Source: a virus (taxonomy: Duplodnaviria > Caudoviricetes). Taken from it: a stretch of 31,952 nucleotides of DNA. The notes below the pieces were generated by a model. It did no database searches and was not told where the DNA came from. It saw only the letters and a program-made list of their open reading frames with translations. Position numbers and translations under genes: made by a program. The first letter of the stretch is position 1. Each line of letters opens with the position of its first letter. The stretch spans positions 1-31,952 of IMG/VR virus record IMGVR_UViG_3300020045_003285. One strand, written 5' to 3'. Positions 1-7,138 of the stretch are shown here, one piece after another.

Positions 1-176
1 TTATCACCAATTGCGTATTTGTCTAAAATACTACATTTGTCTTGAACAAAATCAATAGGTATTTTCTGTTTGTATTGTTCGTCAGTTTCAACTACTAATA
101 ATCTTTTTTTGAAAGTTCCTGAACTTCCTACTACTTCTTCATTACCTATTATAATAATTTTACCTTGTATTTCCAT
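1..176 (-). CDS. DUF3127-family protein (putative ssDNA-binding OB-fold), runs off the left edge
   Basis: Not in ORF track. Hand-translated from ATG at 176: MEIQGKIIIIGNEEVVGSSGTFKKRLLVVETDEQYKQKIPIDFVQDKCSILDKYAIGD..., matching the Bacteroidota DUF3127 pattern (MEIQGKI...FxKRExVxxTxEQYPQxIxxxFxQDK). Lies directly after the exonuclease. Confidence 0.8.
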   Translation of the reverse strand, partial: MEIQGKIIIIGNEEVVGSSGTFKKRLLVVETDEQYKQKIPIDFVQDKCSILDKYAIGD

Positions 177-179
177 AAT

Positions 180-797
180 TTAAAATTGTTGATTATTTGT
201 TAAATATGCTACGTATTCATCACGTAGTTTTGTTGCTTCAATTATTCTTTTTTTAATTAATTCTATTCTACATTCATCACGTTCAACTATTATTTCGTGC
301 CACATTTCCTTACCTTTAAAAATAATATAATTAAAGAAGTGACAACGTTTTGAGTTAGTACATAACATTTGCATTTGCATTTGGTCGATGTAATCTTTAT
401 CAATAGCATCGTAACCTTTAGCAACCAATTTAAAAAACTTTGTTGAACGTGGACATTTTATTTCTAAAATAGCATCGTTACCTACTAATCCGTCAGGACT
501 TGCACCAGCACTATCTCCTAAAACAAAAAATGAAGTTTCTTGAACATCTAAAAAATCATATTCTTTTAATTCTTTAAATTTACGAAAAGCGATTGGTTCT
601 AATTCAGTGCCTCTACGCATATCAAAACTTTCAAAACTTTCATCTTCATCAACACCATAAACCAACTCGCAAGCTTTTTCAAATGCGTAATTTTCGCCAG
701 TTAAATTCAATCCTTTAACTCCTAAAAGTTCGCTAATACGTGAGGCTGTAAATCTTCCCTCACGTATTGCAAACCATTCTTTACTGCGCTGGTTCAT
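180..797 (-). CDS. YqaJ / lambda-exonuclease family recombination nuclease
   Basis: QRSKEWFAIREGRFTAS, MRRGTELEP, GASPDGLV, LEIKCP and YIDQMQMQM match the lambda Exo/YqaJ motifs. Confidence 0.93.
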   Translation of the reverse strand: MNQRSKEWFAIREGRFTASRISELLGVKGLNLTGENYAFEKACELVYGVDEDESFESFDMRRGTELEPIAFRKFKELKEYDFLDVQETSFFVLGDSAGASPDGLVGNDAILEIKCPRSTKFFKLVAKGYDAIDKDYIDQMQMQMLCTNSKRCHFFNYIIFKGKEMWHEIIVERDECRIELIKKRIIEATKLRDEYVAYLTNNQQF

Positions 798-1284
798 AAG
801 CTAAATATTTATTATAAACTTCGTCTGTTAAAGTGTATATTTTTTCTATTTGTTCACGAGTTACATTTGCTTTTTTTGCTTTTTCAAAATTAGCTTCTGT
901 AAATTCTAACTTTGATTTTTCTTGCAATCTTGGCTGAATAGGTCTTATTCTTACACCTTGCGTAGTAACTCCTTTCATTTGTACATTTTCGTCAACATAC
1001 AATTCAACTAATACATTTTTCCAATCTTGAACAAAAGAACTGCCAGTAAAAGTTTTAATTTGCTTTGAGTTTGTTGCGTTTAAAACCATTGGTTTAATTG
1101 GTTCTACAAAATAAGCTATATTTGCATCAATTTTTTTACCAGCAACTTTAGCTTGCTTTTCTTGTTTAACGTGCTTTATTGTAAAAATTAAAGGTTTACC
1201 TTGTTCAATAAAATCTTCTAAATCTGCACTACCTAAATGGTCTGATTTAAAAACGTTTCTGTAATGGTCTTTTTTTGTTTCCAT
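781..1284 (-). CDS. Conserved phage protein beside the exonuclease; possible ssDNA-binding/annealing partner
   Basis: 167 aa with KPMVLNATN...DW motifs; overlaps the exonuclease start. Function inferred from position only. Confidence 0.5.
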   Translation of the reverse strand: METKKDHYRNVFKSDHLGSADLEDFIEQGKPLIFTIKHVKQEKQAKVAGKKIDANIAYFVEPIKPMVLNATNSKQIKTFTGSSFVQDWKNVLVELYVDENVQMKGVTTQGVRIRPIQPRLQEKSKLEFTEANFEKAKKANVTREQIEKIYTLTDEVYNKYLAYEPAQ

Positions 1285-1307
1285 AAGTTTTATTTTTGTT
1301 TAAAGTT

Positions 1308-1398
1308 AAAGCCACCAAAAACAGACTAAGTAGTGAGGGTCTGCAATTGATGGCTCGGATGTTTTGTTATCGCTCACTACTTCGATATGGTAAAATTA
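1308..1398 (-). ncRNA. Structured 5' leader A (two hairpins with complementary loops)
   Basis: Hairpin 1 UAUCG-[AAGUAGUGAG]-CGAUA (1387-1368). Hairpin 2 AGCCAUCAA..CAGAC-[CCUCACUACUUA]-GUCUG..UUGGUGGCU-UU (1355-1308). Loops are 10-bp complementary; the G-U pair forms only on the minus strand. Confidence 0.6.
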
Positions 1399-1399
1399 G

Positions 1400-1660
1400 T
1401 TATAATTGTATTACTTCGTTTAGTTTATTTTCATAGTATTCTAAACTTAATTTCATACTACTTATTTTTTGACTAATTAAATATTTTAAATAATAAATAG
1501 CATCCTCTTTTGTTTCAAAACTTTTAGAGTATTTAGTATCTAACATTTCTCTATTTGTTTCAGAAGTCCAAAAATAAGTATCGGTTTTTCTAATATATTC
1601 AACTTCTATAATGCCACATTCCATATTCGTAGCAACTTGGTATATTTTTTTTGTTTCCAT
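1400..1660 (-). CDS. Hypothetical phage protein (86 aa)
   Basis: ORF track; has its own promoter and leader upstream. Confidence 0.7.
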   Translation of the reverse strand: METKKIYQVATNMECGIIEVEYIRKTDTYFWTSETNREMLDTKYSKSFETKEDAIYYLKYLISQKISSMKLSLEYYENKLNEVIQL

Positions 1661-1667
1661 AGTATAA

Positions 1668-1770
1668 AAATAAACCTCGAGTAAAAACTTAATCGGTCAG
1701 AATTAAGCATTAAACGAGGCGTTATTAATTTTTTCTAATACTCTGACCAGTATTTTGTTAAGCAAAGATA
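1668..1770 (-). ncRNA. Promoter TATCTTTG (1770-1763) plus structured 5' leader B
   Basis: Hairpin 1 AAUACU-[GGUCAG]-AGUAUU (1754-1737). Hairpin 2 GCCUCG..CUUAAU-[UCUGACCG]-AUUAAG..CGAGGU followed by a U-rich tract (1720-1666). Loops are complementary (GGUCAG/CUGACC). Confidence 0.6.
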
Positions 1771-1799
1771 ATTATAATTTAATTTAGAAACAAACTAAA

Positions 1800-2444
1800 T
1801 TAGAATAGCTTCTGTTGTGATACGTGGTTTTTTACTCTTTCAACTCCTTTTCTATAGTATTCCTCATCTAATTCTGCACCAACCAATTCAAATCCGTAAT
1901 CATGGCACGCAATTGCAATTGACATTGAGCCTAAATGAGTGTCGAGTATTTTGTCGTTTGGTTTTGCGTATTTGTCAAGTAACCATTTGTATAGTTTTTG
2001 TGGTTTTTGTGTTGGGTGTATTCGTTCTCTATTCACTTCTGTACTTCCTAAATGTTTTTTATATATCCTTAAAGTTCCAGTTTCAAAACTTGTCCATGCC
2101 ATTTCGCCATCAGCAAAGTGTGTTGTTCCGTTTACCTTGTCCCAAATTATCGGTGCAACACATTTGCCTAAATAATCTAAAAAGTAATTTCCACCCCACA
2201 CTATTTGATTTTTAGATACTCTTTTTAATTCGGCAAAGTAAATTTCATCAGGCATTTTATCCCACAATTTTCTTTTACTTCCTTCTTTCGCAGACTGCCT
2301 ATTTCTGTTATTTCCTTTGTCGTGCCATCCGTTTAGTCCATAAGGAGGATCAACAATTGCTAAATCGAAATAATTATCAGGATATTTCGCCATAAGTTCC
2401 ATATTATCGCAATTGTATAATTCTATTTTATCGGTTATTTTCAT
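1800..2444 (-). CDS. Orphan N6-adenine/N4-cytosine DNA methyltransferase (beta-class motif order)
   Basis: DLAIVDPPY (motif IV) near the N-terminus, HPTQKP, and ILDTHLGSMS (motif I) near the C-terminus; no cognate endonuclease adjacent. Confidence 0.92.
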   Translation of the reverse strand: MKITDKIELYNCDNMELMAKYPDNYFDLAIVDPPYGLNGWHDKGNNRNRQSAKEGSKRKLWDKMPDEIYFAELKRVSKNQIVWGGNYFLDYLGKCVAPIIWDKVNGTTHFADGEMAWTSFETGTLRIYKKHLGSTEVNRERIHPTQKPQKLYKWLLDKYAKPNDKILDTHLGSMSIAIACHDYGFELVGAELDEEYYRKGVERVKNHVSQQKLF

Positions 2445-2662
2445 AAGTTCATTTTACTTTGATAAATATTAAATTGTTCTTTTTGGAATATTACCATTTT
2501 ATTTTTAAATGGAATATCGTAGTTGATTTCGTTTTCCTCTGCTTCGGTTAAGTAACAATCTCCTTTATAGAAAAAAGGTATTATACTATGTTTTTTAATA
2601 CGCATTAGCAACGTTCTTGAAGCTATGCAGTACTTGTGACTTATATCGGTTATTGACATCAT
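2441..2662 (-). CDS. Small putative HTH DNA-binding protein
   Basis: N-terminal SITDISHKYCIASRTLLMRIKK resembles a MerR/excisionase-like HTH; coupled to the methyltransferase start. Confidence 0.45.
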   Translation of the reverse strand: MMSITDISHKYCIASRTLLMRIKKHSIIPFFYKGDCYLTEAEENEINYDIPFKNKMVIFQKEQFNIYQSKMNL

Positions 2663-2667
2663 AACCC

Positions 2668-2868
2668 TTAATTATTACTTACAACCTCACTAAATTTAAC
2701 CTCAATCCCTTTCGCTAACTCTAACGAGTGTTGTTCAAACTCTTCTTGCATTTTAGCTAAGAACTCTTTATGTTTTAAAAGTTCACGCTCTAAAGCCTCA
2801 ATTCTTAACGCTTGGAATTTTTCTAAATCCGTTTGAGGCGTTCTGTCTATTGTATATAATTCTGACAT
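2668..2868 (-). CDS. Hypothetical coiled-coil protein
   Basis: ORF track; FQALRIEALERELLKHKE heptads; tight packing. Confidence 0.65.
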   Translation of the reverse strand: MSELYTIDRTPQTDLEKFQALRIEALERELLKHKEFLAKMQEEFEQHSLELAKGIEVKFSEVVSNN

Positions 2869-2872
2869 AGTT

Positions 2873-3214
2873 TTAATTATTTTGTTCTAAATTAGATTTT
2901 CCTTGTAAATTAGTCCCAAACATTTTATTTGCAATGTCTACTTTATCTTGTGGAACACCTCTTAATTTGAGTTGTAAATTAGAAATTGTTAATTGCATTT
3001 CTCTTTCTCTTTTTATTGCATTATTAATTACCTCGTTTAATCCATTAATTCTAAACTCGGCGTGTTCATAATTTTGCCTTAATAGACTTATGCTTTTTAA
3101 TATAGTCCATTTATGAAAAAATATTGGTACTCTTTTGTAGTAAAACCAAAATACAATATGATTTAATTTTAATAATAATTTATTTAACATAATTTTTTGT
3201 TTACTTGTTTCCAT
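2873..3214 (-). CDS. Hypothetical protein
   Basis: ORF track; tight packing. Confidence 0.65.
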   Translation of the reverse strand: METSKQKIMLNKLLLKLNHIVFWFYYKRVPIFFHKWTILKSISLLRQNYEHAEFRINGLNEVINNAIKREREMQLTISNLQLKLRGVPQDKVDIANKMFGTNLQGKSNLEQNN

Positions 3215-3217
3215 TTC

Positions 3218-3694
3218 CTAAAATTTATAAGTTAATTTAATTCCCCCGTTAAATTGATACTCAGCATTTGCACCGCTAAACTCAAAATCTTCTCGCCAAT
3301 CGTAAGTAGCACGTAAACCGATATACACGTTATTAGTTATTTTTTTGTCAAATCCGCCCTCAAAACCGAATAACGGATATGTAGCGCCTCTGTGAATATA
3401 TCCTAAACGTATTCCGCTGTAAAACACCCAGTCTTGGTAATAGCCTTTATCTAATAAAATACCTAATCCTAAAGCCGTATCTACGTAATTAATCGATGGC
3501 AATATTTGAACGCTTGGTTTTATGTATAACCAATGTACTGAGTACTGAAATTCGAATGTAGCGTTTAAAGATTTTTCTTTGATACTTGAATTTGGTTCGA
3601 TTGTAACGGAAATTGTTGTGTATTCCGTATCTCCGAAATCTAATTGTTGCGCATTAACTTGTAATGCGAAAAGTAGTAATAATAGTTTTTTCAT
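3218..3694 (-). CDS. Putative outer-membrane beta-barrel protein
   Basis: Sec signal MKKLLLLLFALQVNA|Q, amphipathic strands (FYSGIRLGYI, VYIGLRATYD), C-terminal GGIKLTYKF beta-signal. Confidence 0.75.
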   Translation of the reverse strand: MKKLLLLLFALQVNAQQLDFGDTEYTTISVTIEPNSSIKEKSLNATFEFQYSVHWLYIKPSVQILPSINYVDTALGLGILLDKGYYQDWVFYSGIRLGYIHRGATYPLFGFEGGFDKKITNNVYIGLRATYDWREDFEFSGANAEYQFNGGIKLTYKF

Positions 3695-4119
3695 AGTCCA
3701 AATTTTTTAATTATGTTTTCGTTTACTTCGAGGTTGTGCGTAATAATATCCTCGATTGTCCATTTTGATTTTTTTAAAATTCTTAAATAAATACAAGAAT
3801 TAGGCAAGTCAACAAAATAAAAGTTTCCTTTATCTCTTATTTTACACCCTTTAAAAACAACTTTGTCTAATGCTGTTTCGTATTCTTGAATGTCACAAGA
3901 ATTGTCATCAAATGGATGCGTTAAAACAATCCACTTACCATCTTTTTCAATAGCTGGAACAAAATGCGATAGGTTTAAGGGTTGGGTTATGAAGTTTGTG
4001 TAGTTTTCAATATCTATTAATTTATTATAAGCATATTCTCTATAATCTAATTTATCTCTATATTTTGTATTTTCGATTATTTTCTTATTATACTCCGACA
4101 ATTTAGGTAATGTTTTCAT
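3691..4119 (-). CDS. Hypothetical phage protein
   Basis: ORF track; its stop overlaps the start of the next gene. Confidence 0.7.
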   Translation of the reverse strand: MKTLPKLSEYNKKIIENTKYRDKLDYREYAYNKLIDIENYTNFITQPLNLSHFVPAIEKDGKWIVLTHPFDDNSCDIQEYETALDKVVFKGCKIRDKGNFYFVDLPNSCIYLRILKKSKWTIEDIITHNLEVNENIIKKFGL

Positions 4120-4157
4120 AATATCTATTTTAAGTTAATTGTTTTGTTTGGTGGTGG

Positions 4158-4475
4158 TTAAAGTTGATTGTAAATTTCATTAGCTTTTTCTATTGCTTTT
4201 TCAACGGCTTCATTTCGGGTTTTATAATTATCTTCAAAACCACAAATTAAATATGTTTTAAATTCTCCAAAAGATTTGTCGTTATAATTTTTTATTTCAT
4301 TATAATACCCTTTAAATCCGTGTTGCGGTAATATTATAATTCCAACACTATCGAACCAATGAATTATTAATGCTAAATTTGCGTAATTCATACTTTCATC
4401 AGAAAAAATACCATTATCGTCATTTTCACACCATTTTAAAAAATCTTCTTTTGCTTTTCCGTTTAGTAATTCCAT
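4158..4475 (-). CDS. Hypothetical phage protein (paralog of the partial gene at the right edge)
   Basis: C-terminus KTRNEAVEKAIEKANEIYN. Confidence 0.75.
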   Translation of the reverse strand: MELLNGKAKEDFLKWCENDDNGIFSDESMNYANLALIIHWFDSVGIIILPQHGFKGYYNEIKNYNDKSFGEFKTYLICGFEDNYKTRNEAVEKAIEKANEIYNQL

Positions 4476-4481
4476 CCCTCT

Positions 4482-4652
4482 CTAATTTAAGTTTTCATTA
4501 TAAATTGGATTTTCCAATCTTATTTGTTCTTTATCTTGATTGAATTTATCAATTAAGTTTTGCGGAATCGGTTGGTCTAATCTTATTAAATCCATATAGA
4601 AATTATTCATTTTAATTTCTTGTTCCGTTTTTGGTACGATGGTGTTTTTCAT
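4482..4652 (-). CDS. Hypothetical protein, 56 aa (not in track)
   Basis: MKNTIVPKTEQEIKMNNFYMDLIRLDQPIPQNLIDKFNQDKEQIRLENPIYNENLN; ATGA overlap with the upstream gene. Confidence 0.6.
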   Translation of the reverse strand: MKNTIVPKTEQEIKMNNFYMDLIRLDQPIPQNLIDKFNQDKEQIRLENPIYNENLN

Positions 4653-4918
4653 GGTTCGTTACTTATTAGTATTGCACTTTTCAAATTGCTAATTCCATTT
4701 TCTGGATTTAAAAACATATTGTAATTAAAATAAACGTTGTTTTTAGTTTGTAAAATTATTTCGTTGGTACGTTCTTTATTTTCTACAATCTCATAACTTC
4801 CAAATCTTTTTTGTTTATTACCGAAATACATATCTCTTTTCCATTCTACAACGACTAAATCGCCCTTTTTTAAACTTTGAAAATCTTGTAATTTTGTTAA
4901 TGGTCTGCTACTTATCAT
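4649..4918 (-). CDS. Hypothetical protein
   Basis: ORF track; LKKGDLVVVEW suggests an SH3-like barrel start. Confidence 0.65.
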   Translation of the reverse strand: MISSRPLTKLQDFQSLKKGDLVVVEWKRDMYFGNKQKRFGSYEIVENKERTNEIILQTKNNVYFNYNMFLNPENGISNLKSAILISNEP

Positions 4919-4968
4919 AACCTTTTACTTTAAATTGTTTAACATTGTTTCGATTGTTTTGGCGCACT

Positions 4969-5112
4969 TTAAAGATTTTTAATGCGCTCGTTTATTTCTT
5001 GCTTTAGTACTTTTGCCATTCCTAAAGGAACTATTTTTCTAACGTGTAAAATTTCAGTTTCTACATTTGGAAACTTTGGTTTTGCTCCTGCGTTACGTTC
5101 GTTTTTTTTCAT
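4969..5112 (-). CDS. Small basic putative DNA-binding protein, copy 1 (47 aa, not in track)
   Basis: MKKNERNAGAKPKFPNVETEILHVRKIVPLGMAKVLKQEINERIKNL; first 14 aa identical to the protein at 7844-8035; ATGA-coupled. Confidence 0.7.
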   Translation of the reverse strand: MKKNERNAGAKPKFPNVETEILHVRKIVPLGMAKVLKQEINERIKNL

Positions 5113-5336
5113 AATTCAATTATATATTTTTTACCTTGTTTATGTACTATAAAATTAAAATCATAGTGTAGTTTCTCCATTAATCTAAAACAACTTTTAT
5201 TGTTTTGCAATAATATTAATATTTTGTTTTCTTTTTTAATAACCTCAACTTTTAAACCTAAATTTTCAATAATTAAAAACTCTATTTCATTTTTATTTAA
5301 TTCAAGTAAATTGATTGTTATTTTCTGGATTTTCAT
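5109..5336 (-). CDS. Hypothetical protein
   Basis: ORF track; coupled at both ends. Confidence 0.6.
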   Translation of the reverse strand: MKIQKITINLLELNKNEIEFLIIENLGLKVEVIKKENKILILLQNNKSCFRLMEKLHYDFNFIVHKQGKKYIIEL

Positions 5337-5416
5337 GGTTTAAATTTATAGCCTATTAAACACCCAATTAAAGCCCCTAGTAAACAAGCTAATAATGTTG
5401 ATTCATATATATTCAT
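5333..5416 (-). CDS. 27-aa single-pass membrane microprotein (not in track)
   Basis: MNIYESTLLACLLGALIGCLIGYKFKP; ATGA overlaps at both ends fill the gap exactly. Confidence 0.6.
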   Translation of the reverse strand: MNIYESTLLACLLGALIGCLIGYKFKP

Positions 5417-5601
5417 AATTTACCTTTTTTATATTTATCTACAAAATAATTAAAATCAATATCAAATTGAAAAAATATAAATGCAAATAATATGTAATTA
5501 GTTGATGAATAATCTGAATTTCTAAATTTCATTTGAAATGAAATAAATATACATTCAATAGGATTCCAAATATGAAAGTTAAATAGTTTTTGTTTTTCCA
5601 T
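5413..5601 (-). CDS. Hypothetical hydrophobic protein
   Basis: ORF track. Confidence 0.55.
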   Translation of the reverse strand: MEKQKLFNFHIWNPIECIFISFQMKFRNSDYSSTNYILFAFIFFQFDIDFNYFVDKYKKGKL

Positions 5602-5735
5602 TATTCTTTATTTAAAAATATTTCTATTTGTTCTGCTAAATCGTAATCTTCATTTAATAACGCTTCATTTTGTATTTTTATTAAAGAGTTAAACTGCTCT
5701 TTACTGTCTGTTTTTGTTTCTAACCAATTATCCAT
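5601..5735 (-). CDS. 44-aa protein with a UVR-like motif (not in track)
   Basis: MDNWLETKTDSKEQFNSLIKIQNEALLNEDYDLAEQIEIFLNKE; TAATG coupling to the next gene. Confidence 0.55.
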   Translation of the reverse strand: MDNWLETKTDSKEQFNSLIKIQNEALLNEDYDLAEQIEIFLNKE

Positions 5736-5866
5736 AACTTCTATTTTTTATCCATAAATTAATATTAAACTCAGTAAAAACGTGTATACAATTATCCATA
5801 AATCTATACACATTCTCCATAAATATATAGAAAACCTTAGTTCTCTATACATATTTCTACATAAAC
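5728..5866. repeat. Cluster of imperfect direct repeats TT(A/C)T(C/A)CATAA
   Basis: TTATCCATAA at 5728, 5748 and 5792; TTCTCCATAA at 5813; TTCTACATAA at 5855; three of these are preceded by TATACA. Confidence 0.6.
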
Positions 5867-6019
5867 TCTATGATTTGATAAAGTTGTTATTAAAGCATAA
5901 TTTTCAACTCCCCATTTACCATTGTATTTTTCAAAAGTTTCTAAAGATTGAACTGCTATTAATTCTCCTTTTGATAATGCACCTTGTTGTTTTGCTGAGT
6001 AAATTTTAAATGTTTTCAT
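5837..6019 (-). CDS. Hypothetical protein (first gene after the duplicated leader)
   Basis: ORF track; ATG directly follows the conserved leader. Confidence 0.7.
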   Translation of the reverse strand: MKTFKIYSAKQQGALSKGELIAVQSLETFEKYNGKWGVENYALITTLSNHRVYVEICIEN

Positions 6020-6128
6020 AATATTTTGTTTTAGTGTTTCGCTTTATTGCTGAGTACAAATATACAACCATATTTCTAATAAACAAACATTTTATTAATT
6101 ATTTGTATTATTTAAAATAATTCCAAAT
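6017..6128 (-). promoter_or_regulatory. Duplicated promoter/leader cassette, copy 1
   Basis: TATATTTG at 6064-6057; 35 bp identical to 8347-8381; palindrome ATTTAAAATAATTCCAAAT at 6110-6128. Confidence 0.75.
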
Positions 6129-6152
6129 AAAAAACCGTAATTAAACGGCTTT
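6129..6152 (-). terminator. Intrinsic terminator
   Basis: Minus strand AAAGCCGT-TTAATT-ACGGTTTTTT at the end of the 252-aa gene. Confidence 0.6.
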
Positions 6153-6899
6153 GATTTTAATGTTAAACTTAGATTCTGCTTCGGGGATTGTGTAGGTGGG
6201 TATCGTTTCAGCCCATTGACCATTATGAAATATTACATCACCATTAAAATATAATGTGTTTTTAATAAAAACATATTCTTTATTTGTCTCGATTCCGTAG
6301 CAACCACTTATTAACTTATAATTACCGACTTCGTACCCTCTCTTAATCGCCTCTTTTACCAAAGCTTCTTCTACTTCTTTTTCGGTGGATGGTATAAAAT
6401 AATTACTAAGAACTCGACTGCTTCTTAAACAAGATTCAGACCAATTGCCACTCATTCCAAAACCATAAGATTTTATTCCGTTTTCTCTATTTAAAATATC
6501 CTCAATATAAAGAAATGATTTGCTATTAAACCTTGAATCTTTATACCAACCCCCCACTTCCAACTCCGTTTCAAAACACTCTTTAAAAGTATCTTTCCAG
6601 TATTGAGGTTTATCGTGTCCATAAACAATCTCTTTTGCTGTGAGTTGGTAAAGTGGTTCTTTGTAAGATATGATTTCAGCGTACGTATTTGTTTGCTCAT
6701 CATAAAGAATAAAATCTCCATTATCGCAATCTATATAATAACCATTAGCATCAGAATCACTATCTGAATAGTAATAAATTAATTTGTCATCAATAGACTC
6801 AATATTTCCATTATAAATTCCTATATTTCCTTTTACCTCTTTAGCATTTTTAAAATACTCTTTTACATCTTGTAATGTTGGCTTATCCATAATATTCAT
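6141..6899 (-). CDS. Hypothetical phage protein (252 aa)
   Basis: ORF track; a weak internal repeat (TNTYAEIISY / NGQWAETIPTY) suggests a modular build. Confidence 0.75.
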   Translation of the reverse strand: MNIMDKPTLQDVKEYFKNAKEVKGNIGIYNGNIESIDDKLIYYYSDSDSDANGYYIDCDNGDFILYDEQTNTYAEIISYKEPLYQLTAKEIVYGHDKPQYWKDTFKECFETELEVGGWYKDSRFNSKSFLYIEDILNRENGIKSYGFGMSGNWSESCLRSSRVLSNYFIPSTEKEVEEALVKEAIKRGYEVGNYKLISGCYGIETNKEYVFIKNTLYFNGDVIFHNGQWAETIPTYTIPEAESKFNIKIKAV

Positions 6900-7134
6900 T
6901 TTTAAATTTGTTTAATAATTCTTTTGTTGTTAGTTCGGTTTCGTTTTTAACTACTTGGTTAAAATAATATTCCGCAAATTTGCACGTAAATTTATCAGAG
7001 TTTGTGTTACCAAATATTACTATCATAAATAACCCAATAAATAATAAAGTAAACCATTCCGAGCCGTAAGCAATTCCGAGTAATATCCCTAAAGCGGATA
7101 AAATCATTCCGATTAAAAATAGTGTTGGTTTCAT
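6883..7134 (-). CDS. Two-TM membrane protein (probable start MKPTLF)
   Basis: Two hydrophobic segments LFLIGMILSALGILLGIAY and WFTLLFIGLFMIVIFG; the start at 7134 avoids overlap with the upstream gene. Confidence 0.65.
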   Translation of the reverse strand: MKPTLFLIGMILSALGILLGIAYGSEWFTLLFIGLFMIVIFGNTNSDKFTCKFAEYYFNQVVKNETELTTKELLNKFKNEYYG

Positions 7135-7138
7135 ATGT

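Noticed and set aside
1800-2444. Methyltransferase as inactive (GSMS instead of GSGS) or as part of an R-M system
   Set aside because: A single substitution is not enough to call inactivity, and no endonuclease is adjacent; orphan methyltransferases are routine in phages.
5728-5866. Mini-CRISPR array interpretation of the repeat cluster
   Set aside because: Repeats are only about 10 nt, imperfect, with 10-34 nt irregular gaps; no cas genes.
6108-6130. Palindrome as a dif/Xer or att site
   Set aside because: It occurs in multiple copies tied to promoters, lacks the XerD arm TTATGTTAAAT, and no integrase is present.
6491-6721. 76-aa minus-strand ORF nested in the 252-aa gene
   Set aside because: Fully overlapped in another frame with no recognisable features.
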